DNA from: Macrostomum lignano
Taxonomy: Eukaryota
Length of the DNA stretch: 64,000 nucleotides
Assembly: GCA_002269645.1 (NCBI GenBank)
Contig: NIVC01001952.1
Location: forward strand, 1-64,000
Reading direction: 5' to 3'
The first letter of the stretch is position 1, and each line of letters starts with the position of its first letter. The notes below the pieces were generated by a model. The model did no database searches. It had not been told where the DNA came from and worked only from the letters and a program-made list of their open reading frames with translations. A program made the translations under genes and the position numbers. Below, one piece after another: positions 11,807 to 22,667 of the stretch.

Positions 11807-12775
11807 AAGAAATAAATAGTTACAAATGCCATCCCAATGCCAGGGGGCAACGTCCCCTTCTGCCCCCTCCGTCTGCGGTGCCTGATGCAGAGAAACCGAG
11901 CGACTTCACTTTTAATCCATTCTGTAAGACACTTACAAAGAAAAATCGTCACCCGCATGCTTCGCTGATGTCTCATTGTTCAAATCTGCAGCAGTTGAAG
12001 GCTCGTCGTGTGTTGGAGTGCTTTTTTGGAGTGCAGCAAAATCTTTAATATGAATTTGGCTCGACTATTTTATCCATCAGGAGAATGGACAGTTTCATCA
12101 GCCTCTCATGCTCAGAGCTGTACTTTTTACCGTGAGTGAGTCCAGATTGGTTCCGAAGGCGCCAGCCAACCAACCCCGTCTTTGCTCGAGCCCTAACTGA
12201 TGGAAAACGGTCATAGAGTGCGACCAGCGAATTGCGATATTGGATTGGGACATACTTCAATGGTTTGGCCATTCAGTGCTTTTGCGAAGAGCATACATAC
12301 CGTTTTCCATAGCTTTCGAAACTCGATACCTTGGTGAGTTATTTCGCAGTTGAGGCTTCGAACACTGAAGCAAATCAAACTGTGGAACAGCCAACGACAT
12401 CGTCCAACAACCAGCGCTGAGACAATTCTGTCCGTTTCTGTCACTCTTGAGCACACATACAAGCGCGGAGATACACAGGATGTACAGAAACTCTGAATAT
12501 TTTGCTCTTGAGGCACGTACACTCTCTGTGCCTTGGTGGGTTGCGCCTCATGGGAGCCCAAATTTATGTTTCAGAGTACAGAATCGAACTTTGACGCTAC
12601 TGTTATATATATTTACCGCTGGATCATTCAGCTCTAGGACGTATTTCAATTTCTATTTCGAACCTTTGAAGAAGCGAATTGTTTAAATAAGTGCTTTGTT
12701 TAAATCTTGAGCAATAAAATTATTTACTTGTCACTGGCATTGTACTGTTTGAGAATGAATGATGCCACGCCGCTG

Positions 12776-13753
12776 TCAATCAAAGCCTTCTGTAGCCATC
12801 AGCTCCGACTCGTCTGGCAGTCGATCCAGGAGGCCGGAAACCGCGCGCAGAGGCCTGGAAGCCAGCCGACTACCGCCGACAATCCACGTGGTGGCGAGCA
12901 GCCGCAGCAGCGATGTGGGCGACAGCCAGAGCCCGGCCACGGCCACGACTGCCAGCATCGCCAGGGCCAGCGCTGAGAGCCGAGGCTCCACAGTCCAGTC
13001 AGCCAGCCGTCCAAGTCTCCAGCAGGCGTTGCCGGCTTTGGCGATGCCCGACAGAACGCGCGGCAGGGCGTCTGGCGACTCTGCTTCCTCTCGGCTTGAC
13101 CGCCTGCGCGCCTTTAATGTCGCCGCCGGTTGAAAGTGCGCCTCTGCCAGGCGGTAGGCGAGGCTGGTCAGCATTAGCGACGCCAGGGTGGCCGGCAGGA
13201 GACGGAGCTCGAAGTTCCAGGCCACGGCTAGTCGGCATGCGATGGCCAGGTGTCCACCCTTGAACTCTCCGTCGCCAAGGCAGAATGCGCCAAACCTGGC
13301 CACGTCGTCGGCCGTCTTGGCAATAATCTGAGCCGCGTGGCGTCGCTGCTGCCTCCGGCTCTGCCGTAATCGGATCAGGGTGCTAGACGCTGGCCGAAAG
13401 GTCCGCAGCGCGGCTCGCACGGGGTTGTACACCAGGTCCAGCTCCAGCTGGATGGCGCCACGCGGCGCGAGCGGCAACCAGCGCCTGGCGCCATTGACCA
13501 AGCGAGTCAGTCGAATCGGTGGAGCGTGCCACTCCTCTGTAGTCGAGGTTGCCCTCAGGGACAGCAGCAGAGGCTCGTGCAGATCGGCCACCGGCAGCTC
13601 GAACGCGACCGTCTCGCCGAAGCCTCCGGTGCTGCCGGCCAGAAGGCCGCTGCAACGACGGACAGACCTCAAGCGAAGGAGCAGGCGAAACGAACTGAGA
13701 AAAGGCGAATTTTTGCCGACGTCCGGCTCTGTCAGGGCGTCCGCGCGCAGAGC
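12776..13753 (-). CDS. Last coding exon of a divergent MCTP-like gene (C2 domain plus transmembrane/PRT_C-like region)
   Basis: RGAIQLELDLVYNPVRAALRTFRP, AWNFELRLLP and LLDRLPDESEL match the MCTP pattern (GVIYLEIDVIFNAVKASLRTLIP, VWNFELYMIP, FLSRVPSD). The acceptor TCTACAG at 13754 is in frame with the ORF. Confidence 0.75.
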   Translation of the reverse strand, partial: ALRADALTEPDVGKNSPFLSSFRLLLRLRSVRRCSGLLAGSTGGFGETVAFELPVADLHEPLLLSLRATSTTEEWHAPPIRLTRLVNGARRWLPLAPRGAIQLELDLVYNPVRAALRTFRPASSTLIRLRQSRRQQRRHAAQIIAKTADDVARFGAFCLGDGEFKGGHLAIACRLAVAWNFELRLLPATLASLMLTSLAYRLAEAHFQPAATLKARRRSSREEAESPDALPRVLSGIAKAGNACWRLGRLADWTVEPRLSALALAMLAVVAVAGLWLSPTSLLRLLATTWIVGGSRLASRPLRAVSGLLDRLPDESELMATEGFD

Positions 13754-14136
13754 CTGTAGATTTTTTAGAACCAGTATAGTTTAAATTCGTTGTTAACGAG
13801 AACCAAGGACAGGTAAAAGTACAAGCTCGTAGAATCGTGCCAATTTTCGCAGCAAAATGCATTAGTGAGATTGAATTTTTTTAACTAGAGTACAATAGTA
13901 ATGAGAAATGGGAAACAACTGGAAACTTTTGAACAAGAGACTGCGGTAAGCATTCCTGAAAGAGTATCAAGACAAATTTGTCAATAAACCTGCTGATAAA
14001 AGTGAACTTTCTATCTTGCATTTTTTCGAAATTTCGCTATTTTTATAATTCAGCGTCCTCGTATTTTAGTTGTCCATGTTGAAAACGGGTGAATCGGATA
14101 GGAAAATCGGATAGGAAAATTGCCACGAGTCCTCAC

Positions 14137-14330
14137 CTTGACCCTCAGCCAGCCGACATCGCTAAGACAGTTGAAGGTCTTCCACCAGCCGTACCGATCG
14201 ACAATTTCGTCTCTGCTTCGTCGGCTATAAAAAATGTCGCTCTCCATCGCTGTCTCTGAGTCTTCCGACTCAGCTTCCTGTTGCTCTACCTGTTGGGCAG
14301 GAGACTCCAACATTTGTTTTATCTCAGCGC
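14137..14330 (-). CDS. Upstream exon of the MCTP-like gene (5' boundary uncertain)
   Basis: DEIVDRYGWWKTFNCLSDVGWLRVK resembles MCTP EEILKRYS..IFHNLKDVGFLQVK. A phase-0 donor AAG|GTGAGG at 14136 joins in frame to 13753, giving VKALRADALTEPDVGKNSPF. Confidence 0.7.
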
Positions 14331-14480
14331 AGGCCCAGACTGAGGCTGAGACAGATTATTAGGAAATTATTCCGCCTAATAGGCGATCGACAGCGGGGTC
14401 TCAATATCTGCTCTGCCTTTTCTGCTCCTCTTATCGCGTGGCAGGTTGTTCCTCCCGCTATGAGGGGTGGGCGGACTCAA

Positions 14481-14843
14481 GGAGGCCTAAAACCAGAAGC
14501 TGGAGTTGACAACTCTTGTCCAAACCTCACTGATTTCAATTAACCGAGTTTTTTTCTGTGTCATTTTATTTACTAAATTTATCATAACTTCGGTTTGGTT
14601 GAAGCGATTTTCATAGGCTTGGTCGCATTAAAAAGTTAAATAAATTCTCTGTATTGATTAAAATATGAGCGTATATTATTGAGATATAGTCTCGACAGTA
14701 TAAGAAGCAAAAAACTAACAAACTGAAACGTGTCGAAAACTTTTTTTGCCGAGACTGCTCAAAGTTTATTTCCGAATTAAAGATGTGAAATTTGATGGAA
14801 TTTGGGCGAGAGATGTCAATCCAGCCTCTGGTTTTAGGCCTCC
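14481..14843. mobile_element. MITE, 363 bp, with about 45-bp imperfect terminal inverted repeats
   Basis: Left end GGAGGCCTAAAACCAGAAGCTGGAGTTGACAACTCTTGTCCAAA is the reverse complement of the right end TTTGGGCGAGAGATGTCAATCCAGCCTCTGGTTTTAGGCCTCC. The interior is AT-rich and non-coding. The TSD is unclear. Confidence 0.8.
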
Positions 14844-15581
14844 TTAGTGAACACGGCTAGGGCCATATAGGAATTCTCGTCCCCCCACCGTTCCTAGCTG
14901 AGGGTTGGGGCTTTTTAAATTCCCGACTTATTAAATTTGGGGACAAGTGTATCTAGTTGTGCTGCGCTTTTATTTGCCTTGCATATTTCTAGTCTGCCTG
15001 CCGTTCCCGTATGCATGGATTGCCAACCACTGGCAACCACCCCGCCTTTGTGTCTCTCTGTTAGGACAATTTCTAACAAAAAAAAATGAAAATTTTCACC
15101 ACCTGCCTCTGCAGCATACGAGCGCAGGGCATTTAGTCGTACTCAAGTATGAAATTTTATTCCGCTATACATGTAGAGCGAAACTCACAGGTTTTTTTCA
15201 ATTTAGTCTCGACATTTTGTAGCCTTGCACCTTTGCAAAGTAAAAACTGGTGTTGATAGCGAAGCGTGATATTTGACTCAATGGAGCCCCAAATTTTGTG
15301 GAGAAATGGGATTATTATTCTTATCAATATTATTACTTTGAAGCTGATGAGTACACTAAAATGAATCTATACATATTCTGCATGCACTACTTATTTACTA
15401 AAATAAGTAACAAAACACGAGCATAGTACGCCACGTGATCTCAAAATTCATAATCCATGTTACAGGTGTTATCTAGCTTTACACCGCCATCAAAAGGAAC
15501 TTGAACTTCGTGTGCTCACACAGCTTTCAGTCGTGTCAATCGATATCTCATTTACATTTAATGGCGTTGTTGTTAGTACTA

Positions 15582-15862
15582 CCCAGATGTGCAACCGACA
15601 GCTCAACCGCAGCTATTGCGCGGCGCATCTGAAGGCTGCGTACGGCTGTTCAGTACAATAAATCGAATGAATCGAATGAATGAATCGAATGAGTCACCAC
15701 ACAGACACCCTCAGCTGGCACCCATTTTACAGCTGGGTGAACTGAAGCAATGCAGAGTTAAGTGTCTTGCTCAAGGACACAAATTGTTCCGAATGGGATC
15801 AGGAATCGAACCCCGAACTTCAAGTCGCGAGTCCGTCGCTCTAACCACTAAGCCACAACCCC
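15582..15862 (-). mobile_element. tRNA-derived CORE-type SINE, copy 3 (linker replaced by AATCGAATG repeats)
   Basis: Same head, CORE and 3' module as the other copies. Confidence 0.85.
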
Positions 15863-16322
15863 CGAGAGTATTGAGGGGGTTTGAGCCTGAAGCCAGACAA
15901 TTCTGACACTTTTATTCCCAAAACAAAAACGCAAGCAGCTACAAACTTGACCTGATACGCACAAGATCACTTCCGGGTAGAACCCGTTCCCATCAAGGCC
16001 AAGACAGAAGCCAACGCCGAAGGGAAAGAGTGTTGGTATCTAGGCTTCTGTAACGCAAGGACAGCAACCGCAAACGGAGTGTGAGGCCACCGATGAACGC
16101 AGAAAACGTTCGCAGAATTTGTGAAACTTTTGAAAATTTGTAAGAAATAAATGTAAATTTTCATGACACTTGCAGAAAAACTTTATCTGAGGCTTGCCAC
16201 ACATTGGTTTTTGCAGCCATTTATGCAAAGTGCGCACTTGTACAAACTATAGCAAAAAGATACACTTGCGCGCTAATGTCATGCGCGCTGATTCAGGCCT
16301 GATTTGCAGCTGAACAGCCAAT

Positions 16323-16970
16323 TCAAAGGGCGAGTTTTACATGCCGGCAGGGACCATTTGGCTGACAAGGTCCGACGCAGTCCCTCCAAGGAAAGGCCTG
16401 TTGCACTGCGAGTAGAGAGCTCATCTCGAGAGCTCTTGCTAAAGGATCTAGATGGAGGGGACAGGCTTCTACCATCCTTGCCGGCTGGCTTGGGGCGCAC
16501 CGGTGATTAATAGGCTCTCGTTTAGACCCCTTTGTCCCGCTTGAACTCTCAGTCTCGGAATCAGAGGTTTCTACTCGTAGAGGCTTTTTCTTTTCTAAGG
16601 ATGCTTGTTTAGGCGTTGGGACGGCTCTTTTGAATGTACCAGACTGTGGCTGTTCCTTATCGCCTTGAAATTTAGATTTTGGACCAGGTGTTTCATTGGA
16701 CTGCAAGCCTTCTTTGCGCTGAAGACCGGGCCTGTATCCGGACTTTGGCCATGAACCAGCCTCCTCCCGTTTCTTTCGGTCGTCGTCTTTCAAATCATCC
16801 TGACGACGCGGTCAAAGACTGTCGCCAGTTCTATATGCCGGCATAGAAGTGCTCAGTGGAGGTGACATGTCTCGGGTAGCTAGATTTCTTGACCGCCGAA
16901 GTCTTAAGCCGTTTAGGCAGAGGCGATTCGTCATCACTGCCTTTGTAGCGAATTTTTGAACTAAAAGCAG
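16323..16970 (-). other. Possible low-complexity coding exon(s), K/S/E/P-rich; structure unresolved
   Basis: GC-rich reading frames such as SSKIRYKGSDDESPLPKRLKT and RQDDLKDDDRKKREE. A stop between the frames is not resolved by an obvious intron. Confidence 0.25.
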
Positions 16971-17067
16971 GCCTGTCTGTCTCTGCGAAGTTGCCGAGTC
17001 TCTAGCATAGCTAGACCGCCTTGGAGACAGATTGTTCCCCAATGAAGATTGAAGAGGTGGCGATGAG

Positions 17068-17114
17068 GACCTTCAAGTCGTGAGTCTGACGCTCTAACCA
17101 CTAGGCTACAACCT
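17068..17114 (-). mobile_element. Isolated 5' tRNA-like head fragment of the SINE
   Basis: GACCTTCAAGTCGTGAGTCTGACGCTCTAACCACTAGGCTACAACC matches the head of copies 1-3. Confidence 0.75.
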
Positions 17115-17239
17115 CCTAGGACACGGCAAGGACTACTATAATATAAACTTTCATTTAACTTCCAACCAGAGGAACAGTCTAAACCAGAGAAAAAGGAAAC
17201 GGAGACATCAAATCCTGCTTGGTACTGTGTTAGTACCAA

Positions 17240-17558
17240 GTGGTTGTAGCCTAGTGATTAGAGCGACTTGAAAGTCGGGGGTTCGATTCCCGATCCCACT
17301 GGAACTATTTCTGTCCTTGAGCAAGACACTTAACTCTGTATTGCTTCAGTTCACCGAGCTATAAAATGGGTGCCAGCATTAGCTGGGGTAATTGAGGCTG
17401 TGTGTGGCGACCCCCCAGGTCTTGGACTGAACAGCCGTAATGTACGCAGCCTTTAGATGCGCCGCGCAATAGCTGCGGCTGAGCTGTCGGTTGCACATCT
17501 GCCTATTGGGGCGGGTGTAATCAATTATTTAATATTATTATTATTATTATTATTATTA
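17240..17558 (+). mobile_element. tRNA-derived CORE-type SINE, copy 4, with (ATT)n tail
   Basis: A box TAGCCTAGTGATTAGAG, B box GGTTCGATTCC and CORE GTCCTTGAGCAAGACACTTAACTCTG...AAAATGGG. The 3' module ends at 17503 and an ATT tail follows. Confidence 0.85.
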
Positions 17559-17573
17559 GTGCTAAGCTGATAC

Positions 17574-17643
17574 GACCTGCGCCTCTCGTTACAACTGCCA
17601 TGACTTCGGACCTGCGCCTCTCGTTACAACTGCCATGACTTCG
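17574..17643. repeat. Perfect 35-bp tandem duplication
   Basis: GACCTGCGCCTCTCGTTACAACTGCCATGACTTCG occurs twice in tandem. Confidence 0.95.
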
Positions 17644-20479
17644 GTCCCGAGCTACAGTTTACAAGGTTTTGCGAAGCGTCTGTAGCAATCTATACTGAGG
17701 GGGTGAACCTGGCTGGGCTTCATCATGTACTACGAACTACTTACACAATGGCCGAATGCATTGATCAATATCTGAAGAAAATTCAGGACTCAAATAAAAA
17801 AATTCTTATCGAAGCACAGTCATAGAAATGAAGAAAAAAGTTTGAACTGGTGCAGCTGATGAGCACGTATGCGACTCTGTCGGCCTGTCCTGCTGCAGAT
17901 TGTCCCAGGATGATCCTTTTCCTACGGGATGATTATCCCTTTCTTTCGTCCTGCCGCAGTACCCTCGAAGCCAAGCTGCACTGTCGGGCTGCGTGGGAAT
18001 CTCCCGGGCCGATAAGACTGCTAGGGGATTTCGTTCGGGGCTTGTGGGTTTAAGCCGGCCCGTCTGACGCACGCACTTGCATAGTCTGAGACATTCGGCT
18101 CTGCAATAATCAGCCAGTGTAGTGTGTTCGGCCTGATTGATTGCGCCTCACCCGCTGCTGGCTGGGACTCTGTCCGAAGATTTGACTAAATTTGTGCGCG
18201 GCAAGTTGCAAGAGGCTGGTGGCCGGTTGTTTTGAATCTCTGGGGGGAGGGGGGGTCAGATCTGGGTCTTCAGTTCGGAGACTAAACGGAAATGGGTCTC
18301 TGAGGTGGGAGTTCCATAACCATTTTGGGATCTCCAAAGTACTTAAAGGTCTCCCCACCCCTACTCAGAGATCCCACACCAGTTTCCAGTCTCCCCCGGC
18401 CGATGAGGCTGGAATAAGTAACGACTGTCGGAATAATTACTTGAACTACTCGTAGAACACTGCAAAATTTAGGAGATTGACACCTTTACAAAGCGATGTC
18501 GAAATGTAACCTTTGTCAGTGTAGGGTGTCAGTCAGAGCCGGCAAGCTCTAAAACCGGCTTCCCGTTGAAACATCCGCCATCTTCCGCCAGCATCCATAT
18601 CCAATGGGACAAGTCTGATTTCCCAGCACAGACTCTGCCTCATCGACTTTCCGGAGCAATTCAACCTGCAGAGTAAGCCTCTTCCTTACAGCGGCGAGTT
18701 ACAGTCTGTCGAGTGCTTAAGGAGAGACAAGTTAATTGCTAAAGAGAATTCCGCTCTTCTTAGCACTAAAACTTTTATTACCGAAGTGTCAGATATACGT
18801 GTTACTGCGCCAATTAAGTTTCGGCCGCACTTAGTAGACACATTTACCATCTGCTTTCAAGGCAATGTACTTTTCTGCATAAACAGCCATGTCAGATGGC
18901 TAGAGAGCAACTGCGTTATTTTCAGAAGAATTTACTTTGGGCTTTGTGGTTTTGTGGCTAAAGCCAATCCAGATTAAGTCATTTAACTAGCAATGAAAAG
19001 TCACCTAGGACTAGCAAAGACGTCAAGTTGGCTTGGTCAACGTCTTGTGGTGGGGGCGTACATATTTTTCACCGGTTTTACAATATGATAATATAACAGA
19101 AGGAAAGATAACAATTTAGACGGCACCTGTGCGGTCATTTCCTGGCACATATAGGCTGACGGATCCCAGCGGAATTCGGTGGTGTGGACTTGTTGGCCGA
19201 GCGAGACATTTCCGATCAGAAGCCTCACTGAGAGCATACAGGCAGTCTGCACCAGCAGGCCTAAGGACGGGGTGATGCAAAGCTGCTAAAATACGCTTGA
19301 TAAGCATCTCCTGCAGCCAGGCAAGTGTCTGCTTTGGTTTGGTTTCGTGCTATTAGGCACTGCTTAGTCGAAGGAAAAGTACACCAGACTGAAGCGTCCT
19401 TGTATGGTCTCTATTGACAGTTGCAGAGTTCGCAGACGGCTAATTAACTGATTTTGCATCGGACTGCTCAAATTCTGGTATTACTTTCTCGGGGTGGAAT
19501 AAGTTGCGCACACATATCTGCTTCTTCCTATGAGATGAAATCGATTTAAACCGCGCTAAATCTCTCTAGTGGAGGAAACAGACACGTTCTGGGATTGTAT
19601 AAACGCGAAAATTTCTTTAAAAGTTGCGCGGTTTTACTCGAAGCAACAACTGTAAAGTTTGATGGCTCTTACATGTACAGTGTACTCATATGGCTGGGAT
19701 AATGTCCTATTCAATGTTTTTTCAATGGCTCGTACTTATAGCGAGATAGAGAGAAATATCTTTTCTTGGATTAAATAATGAAGAGTATTGTCATTGTGCA
19801 TGTAGTAGGCCCAACAGTGCGCAGTACTTGGCATTGGGGAAGAATGCAGCTAGACGGAGTAATGCGATAGGGGATATTTGCATTCCATTGCAAATAATAT
19901 ACCTTTTCAACTTCGGATTCGTCAAAGTGAGTTCAAATTCGTCAGCGTATGCAAAACTATATAGCGCTCAAGGGGAAGAGAATGAGTGTCCATGGTAAAT
20001 TTTTAGAGAAAGTGACTCGAATTCGTCTAAGTAAGTGAAATTCGTCAGTGCAAATGCAGCCTGATCAGAAAAAGTTTGCTTTGTCCATGGTAAGAAAAGA
20101 AGATTCTATGGTAAATTTAAGTAAGAAAGTGAGTGAATTTCGTCTGTGGAAAAATTTCTTGAAATCTTCATTTCATGCTTTGATTGTTGTTGTCGTCATG
20201 ATCTATCTTTATTCCTTAAGTGGTCTTGAAAGTATCTGATAGCTCCACTTAATGATAGGCCGGAGCTATTAACAGTAGGAATATTATGGGGATAGAGGGG
20301 ATTTCCCTTCAAAATTTTGCTTGTTTGCTGGAGGCTTTGGGCGCTACCGCAACTCAAGGCGACAGTCCACCTGCAGTCAGTGAGGAGCCAAGTATCTGAT
20401 ACCTATGACCACTCCACCGGCCTCTTAGAACGTGCACATGGATGCATACGCAGCCCCCTCCACGATTGCAGAGTAGCTT

Positions 20480-20666
20480 GTCGTCTTCCACAGAGGTCCG
20501 TCCTTCGTTGAAGAGCCAGAACCACTTTCGCACTGTGGGTTCTGATGGAGCTAGGAGCCCGAAACCCTGTTGCAGCTCCCTTGACATTTCTGGGGGCTTT
20601 TTGCCTTGCAAAAAATTGGAACTTCATCACGACTCGAAGGTCGTGCTTCGAGAACGATTCTTGCAT
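20480..20666 (-). pseudogene. Decayed mariner transposase N-terminal HTH fragment
   Basis: MQESFSKHDLRVVMKFQF, a frameshift, then QGKKPPEMSRELQQGFGLLAPSEPTVRKWFWLFNEGRTSVEDD. This is the typical mariner HTH with the TVxxWF..F..G..S.ED motif. Confidence 0.8.
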
Positions 20667-22667
20667 GGCCTTTGCCAACAAAGTGCTGAAATTAAATTTG
20701 CAGCTGTTAAGAACAGAATGCATCTGAGTAGCCTAAACTTCGTGAGTGTTGAGCCTACAACCTGGCTAATGTTTTAGTGCAATATCATGTGTGTAGATAC
20801 AATCTCTACAATGGCTGACCGAAAAGAGCTTATTGAATGCACCTCCACTTATTGTAAGCAATCCATTATATTGCCGACCATCTACGAGCGTATATGCAGA
20901 CGTGTGCTGATTGTGCCAATACTTCGCGTCCCTCGGATTCTCACTCTTTCTGCCCTCAGAGCTCTATGGTATAAGCTACTCCCATCCGATTCGCAAGGAT
21001 CTAAAAATCAACCTATTGTCTATGGTCCAGTAAGCTAATAACAGACTGAAGATTTATGTAAAGAAAATTAAATGTACCCGATAGGTAAAACGGGTGGGAA
21101 TACCTTCTGAAGCGTCAGTATACTAAAATTCCAAATATTTAAGCTAATGACTTCGACCAAAAGATATTTATATTTCAATTCAACAGAAGTATGCGTGACT
21201 TCCCGTGACTTCTTCTTTTAGTCAGCAGTGCAAATACTCGTATTTTTTCGACCATCAAGCGTAGAAAAGAAGCTACGCTTCGGGTATTTTTTTACAACTT
21301 TTTTCACTCTTCTTCCAGCAAGTTTTTTTGCGCCGACCCTAATGAGGACGAAGCAGCAGCCGCTAGGCCTCTAGGCCTCTAGTGTCCCCAAGCCGTTACC
21401 AAATTGCTAGACGTGGCAGAGGGCATCCTATGGCATAGGCAAGAAACTATATTTCTTGTCAGCCAGCAGCTAGGCAATGCAGCTGCAAAAGTATACAAGG
21501 CAGGTCAGGTAATCCGAGACGGCGCGGCTGCTGTATTTATATTACACCGTGATGAAGTGTTGCGAAGAAAATATCTCTACTTGCGGGGGATTAAAGTTGA
21601 GTAAGTATGAGGGCGCAGTGCATATCTCGCAAGACTTTGTCCAAAATTGCTTTCACCAGAGACTGTCCCAGCAGTCCTGTAATAGCTTATCAAGCCGCTT
21701 ATGTACCCAAGGCTCTACAGCACAGAAAAGCCTCATTCAAGCGGCTCAAAGGTGCTATTTTAGAAACTTTTTGAAGAGAAAAAACAAACAGAGAGCCTGG
21801 AAATCATCTTGACGACAAACAAAGGATGAAAAAGCGTCAAACCTTAATTTTCAGCCGAGCAATAACAGCTTGTCAAAGCTAGCTCGTGGGAATGCGCAAC
21901 AGACGGCCGTCACATAATTATATAATTATGTAATTATACAAACTTCAGAAACAAAAAAAATTAAAATAGAACAAACGGGTTGTTAGAAACAAAAAAGTGT
22001 TTTTAGTCCAAATATTAAGTATAAAGTTTATCGAAGTGTGCTTAGGGCAGGTATATGTATTCATAGTATTTTACAGAACAAAGACTAACAAATCTTTTTA
22101 TTGTTACACAAAATACTGTCAACAAGTTTTTACAACGATGCATGACACATCACAATGATGCTTACATTTTAATTATTAATTTTTTTATAATAACACTACT
22201 AGAATTAAATAAATAAATCGTCTGTCACAAAACTTGGTACCTTAAAGAAAAACGATTAAATCATCCCGTCCGTTGTTCGCAGGGAGTTTTTGCAACAAAT
22301 CGAGCATCAAGGTTAATAAAAATCATATTGCAGTGGTAATTATTGCATCATTTTCTTTAAATTCTACCTAAACTACATCGTGCATGAGTTAGACAACAAT
22401 AGATAAGCAATATTGTGGTAGAAATACGTTTGAATCACTGCGTGGTGTGACCAGGTGCAAGGCTGTCTGCATCTGCAAATTGCTTCGAAAGTTAAAGCTA
22501 CAGATACCACAAACACAAACACTGATTCAGAATTGCATCTTGTTCAAAAATTTCTATTAATTTCTTATTAATAAAGTGACAATCACGATACTCAAGCATA
22601 AATAATAGAGCTTATTTCCATAAGATTTTAACTCGATACGAAACCCTTAGGTCTTATTCTATTAGGC

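Noticed and set aside
12040-12600. Possible plus-strand exons with GTGAGT donors
   Set aside because: No frame could be linked or recognised.
12759-13862. Overlapping alternative-frame and antisense ORFs in GC-rich exons (also around 3081-4479, 22803-24153 and 45038-45939)
   Set aside because: These are shadow ORFs expected from high GC content and codon bias of the real CDS.
17240-17300. SINE heads as tRNA genes
   Set aside because: A and B boxes are present, but there is no complete cloverleaf and the heads continue into CORE sequence.
18110-18455. ETFKYFG resembling the non-LTR RT FKYLG motif on the minus strand
   Set aside because: It is a single short motif, and the neighbouring RT motifs are absent or in the wrong order.
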